Source: Vicugna vicugna
Lineage: Eukaryota
Assembly: GCA_013265495.1 (NCBI GenBank)
Contig: MU057375.1
Coordinates: forward strand, 1 to 64,000
Direction of reading: 5' to 3'
DNA: 64,000 bases
The notes under the pieces were generated by a model, which ran no database searches, was not told where the DNA came from, and was given only the letters and a program-made list of their open reading frames with translations. A program made the translations under genes and the position numbers. Positions 36,801 to 50,918 of the stretch are shown here, one piece after another (positions within the stretch are counted from its first letter, which is position 1; the number at the start of each line of letters is the position of its first letter).

Positions 36801-39800
36801 TTCAAACTTTGGACTCAGCAGCTGAACCCATTCCTTGCATACAACAGACTTAGAGCACTCAAGTTCAAGCCTGAGGGAAGTGGGGTGGGGCTAGAGCCCT
36901 GGGAGCCAGGACCTCCTCTGAAAAACACCCTGGATCCAGGCTGAGGGACACTCACACCTGGAGGACCACTGCTCTAGGAGGAAGCTGGGACACAGGCTGC
37001 CCCAGGAGGCCTGGGACTGAGATGACAGCTCAGGGTTCTTCCCGGTAATGAAACCCTCCTTCTTTTTGCTCACCTTTGGTATTTTGTAATGCCTTTGTGC
37101 AAACTCTGGCCTGCCTGTTCTGCCCTTCAGAGAGGCCTACAGAAAGGATTGATGTTGCTGGATTCTATGGGGCCAAAGGGAGCCCTGGATGTCAGCATGA
37201 GAGCCACAGGTCAACTTGAGCTGGCATTTGGTCCTGCCACCTAACCTGTCAGGGAGGCCTGGGTCAAGGGACCAGATCTCTGAATTTACAGACTGTTTTT
37301 TTTTTTTTGCGGTGGAAGCAACTTCTCACACAGGTAACATTTCAGACTATCCTGGTTTTAAGCAGACTGCACTCTCTGAATAGGGCCCCAGTTTCCTGAT
37401 AATAGAATGGGGATAAAGAGAGGCCCCTGCCCTGCAGAAAGGGGGTGCTCCTGTCTGGGGAGGATACACTGTGTGTGATTTCCTTCCTCTTAATTGTCTG
37501 TGGGATGTGGCTCCAGCAAATGGAAGCCTCCTTACCTGGGTTGCGAGGCATGGGCTGCTACCCAGTGCCATTGGCAATGAAGTAGAAAGAGTAGCTGGGA
37601 GGCAGGGTGTGGCCAGGGGTTTAGGGACAACCATTGGGTCCTACCTTGGAGGATACGGTAAGATGGGTGCAGGGAGGGAACCTTCAGTTTCACTTGCCCA
37701 AACCCCTAGGTGGAGAAAAGCCAAAGAATAGAAGTCTCAAATAATGGAATGAGGGCTGAAAAAGATTGCCAGCCTGGGAAATTGAAAAGTAAAAACCCAT
37801 GAGGCTAACCAGAGTAATAATAAAGCAAAAAATACAGTAATATAAAAAGAGGTGAAATCAAATAAATACATGCTGAGAAACAGTAAAAATGAGATGAAAG
37901 AAGTTGGCAAGAAGGGGTAAGGAAGTCAAAGTAAAGATGGACAATTAATGTACAACAGAAGACCAAAGACAGTGACTGAGGGAAAGGATGAAATAAGAAA
38001 TTAATGAAAAAAATGTTTAAGAAAAACTCAGTCGGTTAAGAGAGGAAAATAGCAGTGGGGTTTTCTGAGCTCAGATTCTGGCAGATGTGGGTTCTTTGGA
38101 GCCACTGTGTAGAGCCCAGCTTGAAAGTGATACAGGGCATACAGCTTATAATATGCTGGCTGACCTCTCCCTGGGGGATTGATCTCAGTACTTGAGTACA
38201 GGAGAGTTCCCATTTCAAATACATTCCCAAACCTGTCACGTCGTGCTTCCCAAAAGTATTGATTCAGCAAAAGAAGCAGTTTTTCTTGGCCAAGTGCTGG
38301 GCTAGAGACCTGTAATATTCTCAAAACCAAGGCATAGACTTTGCTCTGAGGTGGCTCGGCATTCGTTATAGTACAATACAGGGAAAGCAGTTGTAGTTAG
38401 ATGACCAGGTAATTAAAATCATAACCTGTCCTTCTCCCACATTTCATATAATCACTGTTCATTATTCTGACCCTTTAGGATACACAGGATTTTAGCAGAG
38501 CTTACCAGGGGAAAGTAGACCCAGTACTCTGGGGATAGGAGAGAGTGTGGACTCAGCTTGGCTGTGCTGAGCAGGAGACCTTTCCCTTTGAGTGACTCCC
38601 ACTGAGACCTACTTCCCCTCTTCAATTGTCTCCTAGGGATTCTGGGGCGATCCTGCTATCCTGTGAGCAAATCATTTTCTACCCAAATCTACATTACACA
38701 CACAAAAGACAACATGATTTAAAATATCTCTACTACATTACATTGATTGTAAAAGTGTTTTATTTGAATAGATATATATGGACAGTTGGAAGGAGGCAGG
38801 AAGGGACAGAGCTGGACACAGATGGGGGCTGGACACAGAATTATAAATGTCTAGGTGTCACAAGGGAAAACTTGCACTCAGTGTCTCACCTTATATTTGT
38901 GACTTATAGTGTATTTACATTAGCTTCCAAGAGGGATTGAAGAAGAAGAGCAAATCTATATACCTTAAAGAAATTCTCAGTTTATAAAACGTTCTGATGA
39001 AGGCTAAATTGGAAGGACCATATTTAAATGGAGCAGAATGTTTGTCATAAGCAGTTACACATCCCCCTCTGATGGCTGTATGAGGAATGGCATGTGTGTT
39101 GCTGGCCCCATGGATCTGTCAGACAAACAGGTAACTTTCACACACACATCAGTCTTGCTTCTAGAAGAAAACAAATTCTATAAGATCAGAAGTTGAGGGT
39201 TGCCTTCTATTTGAATTCCTCCTCTTGATCATGGCATGGCCGGGCACTTCCCAAGGGCAGGGTCTCTGAGTGTTGATGGAGCCCCTGACTCAGGCCCTGT
39301 GTTCACAGCAGAGAACAGAGAGGAGGTTGCTGCCTCACGGGAACTGCACAGAGAGGGTGGGAATGTGCTGTGGTCACTTGTTCACATCCAGCCCTGTGTG
39401 GTTGGTGCAGAGAAGTTATTATAGCCAAACAAAGACATGTATGACACTTTGATGTTTATATTAACAATAAAACATAAAAGCAAATAAGAAGTCTATCACG
39501 CAGCATATTTATTTCAGTTCATCTAAATTTATGTAGAACTTGAAAAAAATGAGATCACCATATATTACCAGGCACTTTTCCACTTCACATGAGTCATTAC
39601 CGTATCCATTGAAAACTTTAGAAAACATGAATTTCAAAGCTGCATAATGTTCTTTCTGATCCTTTGTCCTTAAAGGACCTTCTTCTATTGCTCCTGCTGC
39701 CAGCTTCTTCCACAACCATGTCTTGTTTGTGTCTGATAGTGGAGTCCAATCCTGTAATACCCAGGCAGCTTCTAAATCTAGGATCACTTCCTGAACTTCC

Positions 39801-41103
39801 TGAGCACGATCCTTATCCTTTTCTCCTAGGATGGCAGGCATCTCCCACCATGTCTTCTCTCTTTCTGTCCATTCAGAGCTTCTCCCAGACCAGGAAGCTC
39901 TTTAATCAGTTCTCAGGCTGCTCTCTGCTCAGTGCTTGATGTATAGTAAATACTCAGTAAAGATTCGGAAACAGTAAATCTAAATGAGTTGCACATTACT
40001 TCTGATGTCATCCTAAAATCAGAATTAAATACTGGAAAAGAATCAGATGTCTTGAAGCAAAAGAACTAGTTTATTGTTTGCAAGGTTTGCAAACCAAAAA
40101 CAAAAGCCTTGGCTTATAACTGAAAGTATGTATCCAGCGGGTTGATGGGTTGAAGGATTTTTAAAAGCAAAACCTCAGAATATATAGGTGAGAGATTTGT
40201 AGGAGGATTGGAAAGCCCTTGCAGCCTAACTGCAGGTCCTCAAAGTTGGACCACAAGTTTTCTATGATTGGCTGACGTGGAAGCAGCTCCTTAGCGGTTT
40301 TACCAGGTGGGACCCTTAGCAGAATCAGAAGTCCTTAGAGTTTTTGTTTGTGGTTTTCGAAGACCTCGGGAATATGTTACTGAAGCCCAGTTCTGTGATG
40401 AGCTATATAGTATCTCAAGCTTCCAAAACCTCCAAGTGGCCAATAGACGTCTGGGGCTCTGTACTGGAGGTGTTTTCTGGAGATGAATTTGGTTTTGTGA
40501 TCAGATTTTGATGTGCTCATTTCTGGTCACATCCTAATAACCCACACAGAGCCTGTGCTCCTGAGTATCATGGGAGAGGCTCAGCCCAGGCAGCCCATCC
40601 CCTGGGTCCTCTGATCTCTGCTTCACCTGCTCCCAGTTTACTCAAGGACTTCCTCCTCCAGGAAGAGCTCAGAATTTCCTCCCTGTGAGGACCTATGTTC
40701 TTCTGTGCATCGGGGGCTCAATCTCTAAGCAGAGAAGAGAGAGGTCGCTAACTGTGGCCTCACTCAGTTGCCTCAGACCATGGAATCCTCTGGCCTTACT
40801 TTGATGGGCATCATGGCTCCTCCTTCCTCCTCATTTGTGGTTTTGAGCAAAAAGCAGAGCTCCTTCCCTTGCAGAACCTGAATGACATGTCCTAGGGGCT
40901 GTACCAAGGGTGCAGCAGTGGGTGTCTGCTGAGGGAGCCTGATGGGTGCTTGGCCCTGTGAGCACTTCCCAGGCACCCTGACTTCCTGCAGCTTCTCAGG
41001 CACCTGATATGTTTTAAGACTCTTTCTGCTCATATGAGCTCAAGTGGGTGCCGCTTTTGCAATTTGAAATTCGCCTGGATGGAACACATCCAGAGCCCTG
41101 CCT

Positions 41104-41826
41104 TTTTTATTTATGTATTTAGTTTAAGTACAGTCAGTTACAGTGTGTCAATTTCTGGTGTACAGCACAATGTCCCAGTCATGTGTATATATACATATAT
41201 TCATTTTCATATTCTTTTTCATAAAAGTTATAAGAAAATATTGAACATCATTCCCTGTGCTATACAGCAGAAATTTTTTTAAAAATCTATTTTTTTTATC
41301 TAATGACTAACATTTGTAAATCTCAAACTCCCAAATTTAACCTTTCCCACCAACTTTCCCCAGTAACCATAAGATTGTTTACAATATCTGCAAGTCTGTT
41401 TCTGTTTTATAGATGAGTTCATGGTGTCATTTCCTGTCACTCCTTTTTTTAGATTCCACATATGAGTGTTACCATATGGTATTTTTCTCTTTCTGGCTTA
41501 CTTCACTTAGAATGACAGTCTCTAGGTCCATCTATGTTGATGAAAATGGCTTTATTTTATTCTGTTTTATACTTGAGTAGTACTCTGTTGTATAACTATA
41601 CCACAGCTTCTTTATCCAGTCATCTGTCCATAGACATTTAGGTTGTTTCCATGGCTTGGTGTGCATGTATCTTTTCGAAATAGAGTTCCTCTGGATATAT
41701 TGTGGGATTGCTGGATCATACAGTAAATCTATGTTTAGGTCTTTGTTTTTTTCCTTAGTAATCTCCATATGGTTTTCCATAATTGCTGCCCCAAACTACA
41801 TTCCCACCAGCAGTGTAGGAGGATTC
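41104..41826 (-). mobile_element. L1 3' fragment inserted in unit B only
   Basis: Minus-strand KPWKQPKCLWTDDWIKKLWYSYTTEYYSSIK plus 3' UTR. Absent at the matching unit-A position (~30027). Confidence 0.92.
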
Positions 41827-42065
41827 TAGGGATTTGCCTGTAACTTGATGACATCCCTTATTTTTAATTTTTAAAAAATTTTTAACTTTAAACCAAAACA
41901 CAATGATAATCAATGTTCTCATATATTAGTCAGCCAGACACAACAGGTCACAAGTAACATGTTATCACCTCAGAATAATCAGGAATTGTAAGTTCACAGA
42001 CATATCAAGAACAGTAGGTGTCCCAGCCCTGAAGGCAACGGGAGGCAGCAGAGCCTGAATGATAC

Positions 42066-45000
42066 TTACAGCACGTTGCTCTGCTCTGGCTCTGGCGCTG
42101 TCGCAGGCAGGAGAGCTGGAGCTGGCTCTCCATCCAGAGGGGTTTCCCCAGTGGGTTGTGGAGTTCACGCTGTAGCTCCAAGAAGGGAAACTCGCATCAT
42201 TAGGACTGTTTTCCTACATGTCTCCGAAAGACAAGAAAGCTGTCACTGCCAATCAATAAACTCAGTCCAAGATTTCACCCCTAGGAAGTCTTCCCAGGCT
42301 GTTCTCCAGGGGATGAATGTTCTGAGCCTCATCATTGCTCCTGGCCATTTCCAACTCCAAGAGGCTCTGCTCTGTGTGGGCCAGTTCCTTCCCCTCCCCA
42401 CTCACCCCATCACCCACCCTGCATCCTCCTCACCATCACCCTCTGCTTCCCAAAACCCCAGATGCTCCAGCTCTGCCAGGAGAAAGTGGACCCAGTGCTT
42501 CAGATCTGAGCCAGGTATGTTCAGCTCTAAGTAAGTGAGCACAGTCTTTAGGCAGGTAAATTCTGACAGCTTATGGAAATCCTCTGGTTACTGGAGCAAC
42601 CAGGTGCCCAGGATGGAGATCATGGCCCTGGGGGTAGTCAGGAGGACACCAGAGTCAGAGACCTGGCCTTGCCTAACACAAGGAGCTCCCAGAGTAGCCC
42701 AGCAGGGAACTGGGCCAATTAGTCTGTAGCTACTCTCTATCTAGAGGGTGGTTCTGCTCCACATCTCATCTCACCATACAGTCTGGGTAGAGGCGGGCCT
42801 GAATACAGAGGAGGGGCTGCTACAAGCCTTCTGAAGGGACAACCCTTGGTCAGTGGTGTGACCACCTCTCTACCTCTTCAGGGACACCTGTCAAACTGTT
42901 CTGTCCCTCTCCTTGCCCCTCCCTACTGGATGACACCTTTGTGAGGACAGGCAGGCTGTCTGCTCTGGGCACTGCCCTCTCGGGAACACAGGAGCTGCTC
43001 TATAAGTGTCTGACCTAGGAGGGAATAGGCTGTGTCTGCCACCCAGGCTTCCCCTGGACCTCCTCACACCTGAGGCTTTAGCTCCTGCACCTGTCTGCTG
43101 ACTAATCCTCCAGGGACCCTGCTTGGATCTCGTCCTGCCCCTGTCGCTCACCTCCCACAGGGTGGGCTCATGAATCCCCTGAGGCTCCCTGGGTCCCCTG
43201 AGCACCAGCTGGTCCTCACCATTGAGAATCCACCAGATGGTGAGCAGGATGCCTGCCTCTGCCCACCTACAGAGCCTACAGCTTCACACAGTATTTAGGG
43301 GAGTCCTTCCCTCTTCAATTAAAGAGACTCACTGTTTCAGCTGTTCCAGGGATCCACCGTCCTCATCACTATAAAGGAGGACACATCCATATCTAAAGGA
43401 GACAAGGAAGGCATCACAAGGACTGTCCTGAGAACACTACCTGGATGTGATGTTGTCTGTGACAGTGTGACTCCTGGGAGAAAGGAAGACCTGGAAGGCA
43501 GGGTTATTGTCTGCTCTATGCATCAAATTATGGTTGTTATTAGAAAAGCACCTGTCCAAAGGACCCTTCCTATATATTTGAGGAATGAATAAGCCCAACC
43601 TACCCCATCATACAGATCTGAATTGGCCTGGGACCACACTTCTCCCTCCCAGGGATCCCTGCTGTCACTCTCCTAGGACTGAGACAACTAATGGAATCAC
43701 CCAACCCCTTTGAAATGGGAAAACACTTCCAACCAAAGCCAAAGTGCCAGTGACACAGGAGGCAGAGGCTTCCTCATGGGCAGGAGGACAATGACCATTT
43801 AGCCCAAAAACAACCCTTCCAGCTGACCTTTCCAGGAGTCAGGTCCCCAGAAAGCACTTTCCATGAAGGACCCACTCTTTCCTTACTCTCCTAGGGCCTG
43901 ATTCTCTCTTGACCCCTGTGTGCAGAGGGATAAACTGAGGCTCAGAGAGGTACAGTGATAATCCCACATGTGACTGCTAGTAAGTGGCTGAGTCACCAAT
44001 GTCCCATGAGGACACAGTGCTCACCTTTGGAACAGAAGCTCCAAGAATAGCTGGGTGATGGTGAAATCTCTTTAGTTGTCGAAGAATGTGTGCAAGTAGG
44101 AGGTGTTGCCGCCCACGACAACAGGCACCAAGTTTGCCACCGGCTTCTCCAGCCTTTGTTGCTTGAGGCTCCACACCCTGTAGGTCTCATCCTTGCTCCC
44201 TCATGGTCCAGCTCCCCCCTGGGGTGGAAAGAGGACAGACATGAGTCATAGGGAGCACCGGGGACCCCCAGGGGGTTGGGGCTGGAGCTCAGGCCGAATC
44301 CTCAAGCCTCACGGTCTTGTGCCTGAGGTGGAATATAGGAGCCCTGAGCAGATTCAAGGTTCTCAGCATCACCAGTAAAAGAGGCTGTGGGCTATGATGA
44401 AATGCATTAGTGTCTCAGATCATTGTGTCAGCACCGCAGTGACAGCAGCTCCCAGAATGAACTACCTCATCCCTGTGACTGCTGTCACAACATCCCATTC
44501 TAGAGATGAGAATACAGAGGCTGATGCCGGGGTGGGAGGGATCAGGATTGTCAGGCCAATGTGGACGCATGGGTATATAGGAGAAACAGGATAATCTGTA
44601 GAAAAATGCAGAAACACCCTTGACTGAACATGAACTGAAATTCTGTCAAATCTTTCTGAGGTTCTGACTCATATGTAGTCATTGACTTTGCATCTGGCCA
44701 AGGCAGGGCCTGGGCTGTGAGGGCAAATGGGGGAGATGGGGAATCAGAATTATTTGCCAGCAGGTCTCTAAGAGGGAGCCCAGGGGAGAAGCTGGGCAGC
44801 TCTGGGACCTGGGGCTTCCTTGGTGTGGCGTCTCCTCGCTCGCACTCACCCTGAGCCCATCCTGGGCTCTGCTGGTGTTGTGGGGCACCTGACCCTCCTG
44901 CAGGGAGATCATCACGGAACTCCATGGACAAGGGCCTGTCCCATCTCCTGTGTGGAGTCCTGCAAACACAGTGCCCCACAGCCAGGCAGAAACCTGAGAG

Positions 45001-45516
45001 CCCTGTCTGGCTGTTTTCACTGGTTCTCAGACCCATGAGACATCTCCAGTCCAGACACACACACACACACACAACCCTCTGCACAAACCTCCACCAAGTC
45101 CAAAAAAGCTGATAACCTGAGGGCCTTGGATTTCCATTGGTACAGATAAGAGACCCCTCAAGAGTTCTCCTTCCCCTCTGCCATCTCTGTCCTCGGGTGT
45201 GGCCATGACAGGACCACCAGGTTACCACGTGTTCAATAACCCATTCCTGCCCAAAGGGGACAACACCCCTCACGTCCTCCTACACCGAGATGGAGATGAG
45301 GGGAAGTGGGCCTGCCCTGGGAGGGCTCCCAGAGGAGACTGGGCCAGAACTGGCCTGCTCCAGGGTACCCTGTGTTACCTTAGTTGACTTCCTCATAATA
45401 GACCAGAGATGTTGGGGTTGAGGGTTCAACCAATGCCTACAGCCTCTCAGAAACCTCTCATTCCAGGGTTTCCTGAAAGAGAAGCCCCAGGAGTTCATGA
45501 AACAGAAAGAGAACAT
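42066..45516 (-). pseudogene. RALGDS-like: RALGDS-like copy B pseudogene
   Basis: Exons 45379-45516 (open), 44850-44959 (TGA plus 1-nt deletion), 44025-44218 (two stops), 43333-43392 (open), 42434-42627 (TAA) and 42070-42169 (TGA). All of these splice sites are canonical GT-AG. Confidence 0.9.
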
Positions 45517-48500
45517 GTTTCTCTGTGAACTGTCTCCAGCCAAGTGAGCTGGCTCTGGGGCCGTCACTAGAATGTGGGTGCCTGGTAACCAGGTTCCATT
45601 TCTGTTGGGGTCTGTTGTCAAGGAAGAGACATCACTTCCTGGGGCCCACTTCCTTGAACACTGTCCTCAGACAACACCCCTACACACAGCCCTATGGGCT
45701 GATGTCTACTCACCCCCTTCTCCATGTAAACCCACATCTTCCACAGTTACAGTAGCCCTGACCTCTCCGCTGCTCCCAGGGAGGGTCTGCATGCAGCTGT
45801 GAGGAGATGACCTGGCTTCCAGTCTCAAATCCTCATTCTTACCTGTTCTCCACCCTGGATTTATCCTGGTGTTTCTCCAGGATGGTCTCCCCTTCTGCAC
45901 AATAGGGGTGATTCTAGCTCGTACTTCTAAGGATGTCCTCAGGAGCATGTGGGATAAGATCTGAAAAGTATGAGACTGGCGACACTTGTAGGTGATGCCT
46001 CCAACCCATGTTTTTTGTCTTATTGCCACCCTTAACATCTGTTCCTCTCCTGATCCCACCCCATAGTCCTTATTTAATGTCACTGTGCAAGTGTGTCTGT
46101 ATGTTTGTGTTTGTGTGTTGTGATTGTCCACACGTGTAAGCCAGTGCTCACTGTGTGGCTAGTAGAAAAGTGCCCTCACAAAGGAGGGTTGGGCAAGAGC
46201 TTCCTGAGGTCTGAGGGCTTCTAATTTCCAAAGCAAACCTGATGAAAGGGGATCAAGACTTTCCTAGCAGGTACGACCACCATGACTCCAGGCCATACAG
46301 GTAGCAGGGGCTGGGGCTGGGATCACAGACTCACATAGTCTGGTTCCACTGTCCACACTCAGAACCACAGTGTTGGGGGCAGGGAGGCTGTCCCCTTCAT
46401 GGGCACACAGCCTGGCAGAGTCATCTTCTTTGGCTGGAAACACAGTGCTGCATGGACAGATGGACAGTTGAAGAGTTGCTGTCACCAGAGAGATTTGACA
46501 ACCTCATATGGTGCTGCCTCTATGTTCCTGTCCTCACATGCCTCTCCCCAAGTTCCAGCTCCAGTATAAACAGTCACTTCTCCAGGAAAAATTGGATTTT
46601 TTTCCACAGAAGTACGAAAACCCTCAGCCTCGGTGGTAATTTGCTGGGAATCATTTTTTCCCTGTGATTTCATGAGGAAAATGTATCAGATTTGATCTTA
46701 CCTCCTAAGTGTCTAAGACTCATTTGGCCCCAGGCTGCCTTCTGGAACTATCTTTCCACCCCTCTTCCATCCAAGAAGCAGCTCCATCTCCCCAGGCTCA
46801 AACCAGAACCTGGGGCTCTTTCTGCTCCATTTCTTCCTCACCCCACATGCAGTCAGCTCCTCCCCTGTCCCTGGGTCCCAACTACAAATGCATTCATCAC
46901 CTCTCTGTATCTCCCTCCCCCTCCTGTCCAGGCCACCACTGACACTGTCCTGGATTCATGCCCTTTGCTTCCCTTTCTCACTCCCTCTGTCCCAAAGGAT
47001 GAATGCTTGTAAGAGAAATCTGTTCCTGTCACTCTGCTAACACAAAGAAATCTCTCAGAGGCACTTTGGGAAAAACCCCAATCCTAGCCAAGTCATCAGA
47101 AGCGTCCCCAGGAGGTAGCACCTTCCTCCTTTCAGTTTACACAGTGCTAAAATGCTGTGATACTCAGACAGATTAAATCAATCAAAATTTCATTTCATTG
47201 CCACATAACAGAAGAGGTTTGCAGGCAAGAAAAACTGCTCATGGAAACGGGTGTGTCCATGAACAGGGTGATCTGATTCGTTAAGGGTTGTGTCTAGCTG
47301 GACGTCTGAGTCTGGGGAAGGAGTTATCTTCCAGGTGAGCAAGCACTCCAGGCAAATGCAGGTCCCCTAATCCCTGACTCTGTGAAAGTGGGGGTTCAGC
47401 TCTGAGAGGTTGCAGGCAAAGCTGTACCTAACATAGGATGGGATGCGGTGGGAATGGCTGAGCCTCTCACAGTCATTTCACAGAGTGTCTGGGGTCTCCA
47501 CTTTGTAGCTCTTACCTCAGGAGGAATGGTGACACTTGGGTATCCCATCACCAAAGTGGAGTGGACGTGATCTGGGGTCCAGTGAGACCTGGGACTGCAC
47601 CTCACTTGTGGATCCCTGAAGCCCCATCCCTCATGAGGGCAGAAGATACACCACTGGCACAGAGTGTGGTGTGCAGGGTCAGGGTGTGTAAGACTCCTGT
47701 GAGCTCCCTTGTGGCCAAGGGGACAAAGGCTTCACCCCTCAGTCTTGACTCTATTGTGAATCAGTGGCTCTCTGGCTAAAACATGATGCCAACTAAAGAC
47801 ATAATGGCTTAAATGTCTCTGGCTGCCCAAGGCCACTTTAGGCCCCTGCTCTTAGAGACATGTCTGCAAAGTAGTCAACTGGCCTCAGCATTCTCCCACC
47901 AGGATCCTTCTGGGAAATTCCATCCTGGCCCCTTCACCAACTCCTCCTTCACATCTTGCGCTCCTCCCCTCTGTGTTTCTATATGTGCTTCTACCTCCAC
48001 ACTTTACCTTTTGCTATTTTCTCAGTTTGAGATGTGCGCTTTCTTCCTTGACTCAGCTCATGGGCTCATCTTAGCCCGTGTGGCACCCACTGCAGGGACC
48101 TACTGCAGCAGACGGCAGGGGAGGGAAGGCCTCTGGGAAGTGGTGGGGAGGACAAGGGGGCCTCTGTGGTGCTCCACATCCTGGATGTACAGCCTTGGCA
48201 GTGACTGATCAGGGTGTGAAATCCTGAGTTTTGCTCTGGAAAAAGATAGCCTGGGGTTTGGTTTCCTGCTTCTTGGTCCTTCCTGGGGGAATTGGGAGCT
48301 CCCTCAGTGCAAAATGGCCTTAGTTGCAGGTCCTAGGGACCGAGGAAAGAAAGGAGAAGCCTCCTCAGGCCTTATCGTGGGGAAGCAGGGATCCCAACAT
48401 GTAAACTGGGAAGGGCCTGAAGCCAGCTTTTGGGCTCTGGAGAGATTCATCAGGTCAGAGGTTTTCAAACTTTAGACTCTCAGCAGTAGAACCCTTTCCT

Positions 48501-49216
48501 TGCACACAAGGGGTTCAAACCTGAGGGAAGTGTGGTGGGGCTAGAGCCCTGGAAGCTAGGACCTCCTCTGAAGAACATCCTGGATCCAGGCTGGGAGACA
48601 CACACACCTGGAGGATCACTACTCTAGGAGGAAGTTGGGAAACAGGCCGCCCCAGGAGGCCTGGGACTGAGATGACAGCTCAGGTTCTTCCTGGTTATGG
48701 AACCCTCCTTCTTTTTGTTCACCTTTGGTATTTTGTAATGTCTCTCTGCAAACTCTGGCCTGCCTTTTCTGCCCTTCACAGGAGCCTATGAAAATAATGG
48801 ACCTTGCTGGACTCCATGGGGCCAAGGGGAGCCCTGGATGTTAGCATGAGAGCCTCAGGTGGGCTTGAGCTGGCATTTGGTCCTGTCACCTACCATGTCA
48901 GGGAGGTCTGGGTCAGGGGACCAGATTTCTGAGTTTCTAGATTGTTTTTTGCAGAAGAAGCAACTTCTCACACAGGTAACATTTCAGATTATCCTGGTTC
49001 TAAGCAGGCTGAACACTCTGAATTGGGCCCCAGTTTCCTGACAATACAGTGGGGATAAAGGGAGATCCCTGCCTTGCAGAAAGGGGGTATTCCTGTCTAG
49101 GGAGTATACACTGTGTGTGATTTCCTTCCTCCTCATTGGCCTGTGGTGCGTGGCTCCAACAAATGGAAGCCTCCTTACCTGGCTGCCAGGCATGGGCCCC
49201 TGTACTGTGCCACTGG

Positions 49217-49750
49217 TGTTGCCGAGTCCAAACTCATTCTGCTAGCCACACAACAGGCCAATAAATTGGAAGACAAGTTGTTGTGGCAAGGAATAGCGAC
49301 TTTATTCAGAAAGCTGACAGACGGAGCGGAACGGCTGACTAATGTCTTGGAGAACCACCCTGCTCTAGTCAGAATATAGGCTCCTTTTATACAAGAGAAA
49401 AAAAATAAAGGGGGGAGGGGTGTGGTTGTGTTTTGCAAACTTCTTGCTGCAGGCATTCTTTGTTCTTGCAGCTGCCCATGTGGGCCAGGTCCTGGTGTCC
49501 CTGTAAACTTCCAACCAAACAAAGGTCATTCTCTATTTTGCACCTTGCCATCTCCACATAAGTGCAGAAGTGCTAACATCCTTCAAGGTCAGATCCCTGA
49601 GAATAGGCTCTCTGTGAATTTCGGGCTAAAGGCAACATTATTTCATGAAAGGTGCAGAGCTATCAGGACTGAGCCTAGAAAGCAGGGCACAGTGGTTGAA
49701 ACTAAAGAGAAAGATCCAACATAGAGTCTGATTTGTTCCCCTCTATTGCA
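49217..49750 (-). mobile_element. Solo ERV1-like LTR (534 bp), unit B only
   Basis: TG...CA ends with an imperfect 4-bp TSD (ctgg/ttgg); the empty site gccattggcaatg is at ~37567 in unit A. On the minus strand: TATAAAA at 49385-49391 and AATAAA at 49301-49306. Confidence 0.9.
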
Positions 49751-50918
49751 TTGGCAATGCAGTAGAAAGAGTACCTGGGGGGCAGGATATGGCCGGGGTG
49801 GTGGGGCCTACCAGTGGGTCCTGCCTTGGAGGCTGCCACAGGGTGGGTGCCTGGAGGGCACCTTTAGTTTCACTTGCCTAACCCCCAAGGTGGAGAAAAT
49901 CAAAGGTTAAATGAATAGAAGCCTCTAATAACGGAATGAGGGCTCCAAAAATTGCTGTCCTGGGAAAATGAAAAGTAAAAACCCATGAGTCTAACCAGAG
50001 TGAAAATAAAGCTAAAAGTACAGTTGTACAAAAGAAGATGAAATCAAACTAACATATGCTGAGACACAGTATAAATGAGATGAAAGAGTTTGAGAAGAAG
50101 GAGTAAGGAAGTCAAAGTGGAGACAGACAATTAAGTATAACAGAAGACCAAAGGCAGTGACTGAGGGAAAGGATGAAATAAGAAATTAACAAAAATATTT
50201 TAAAGAAAAACCCAGTGGGATAAGAGAGGAAAATAGCAGTGTGGTTTTTCTGAGCTCAGATTCTGGGAGATGCAGGTTCTTTGGAGCCACTGTTTAGAGT
50301 CCACCTTGAAAGTGGGGATACAGGGCATAAAGTTTCTAAGACACTGGCTGACCTCTCCCTGGGGGGTTGATCCCAGTATTTGGGTTGGCTTCCTCCTCAT
50401 GTTCTCAGGAGCACTTGTCTTCTGTCCCAAAGCCTGCAGAGAACACCCCATGGCTGTGTCTTGCCCTCTCTTGCATGTGGTAACCTTCATGCAAGTCTGG
50501 GCTGAATTAGTTTAGAAATCCTGGGTACAGGGCTCTATGCTGAGGAGGGAGGGGGGAAGGCAGTCTTTCATGGTACAGCATCTCATCTGGTTTGGGAGCT
50601 TGCTTAAAGGAGCATGATTTGGGAGGGGGAACCTCTTCAGGGCTTGGGCAGTGGTGGTTCTATGTGGAGCAGACAACTCCCCAGGGAATGTGCCAGGGCA
50701 AGAGGCTCCTGGGAAGGTCAGGATTCCAGCTGGTGCTCCCTCAGTCCAGTTATTGACTGGGATGAGATATGAGATGACAGAGAAAAGAGAGGTCTGCTTT
50801 ATAGGATGACAAAACTTTAAGTGATGATGATTGTGGTTTCCTAGTGGACCACCATGTTTTCTTTGCCTTGACATTTCATCTGCAGGTTTCATGGTAAACT
50901 ACAGGCTTACAGCAGTGT

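Larger units (their letters stand above)
27069..38195. repeat. Tandem segmental duplication unit A (~11.1 kb)
   Basis: caggagagtccccattacaaatacat (27069) aligns with 38199; tgacctctccctggggg.ttgatc.cagta (38161) aligns with 50349. The units are colinear throughout. Confidence 0.93.
38199..50383. repeat. Tandem segmental duplication unit B (~12.2 kb, including L1 and LTR insertions)
   Basis: Colinear with unit A. The extra length is mostly an L1 fragment (41104-41826) and a solo LTR (49217-49750). Confidence 0.93.

Noticed and set aside
44551..45273. 240-aa minus-strand ORF
   Set aside because: Mostly intron sequence of copy B; only ISLQEGQVPHNTSRAQDGLR is exon-2 derived, and the ORF is not preserved in unit A.
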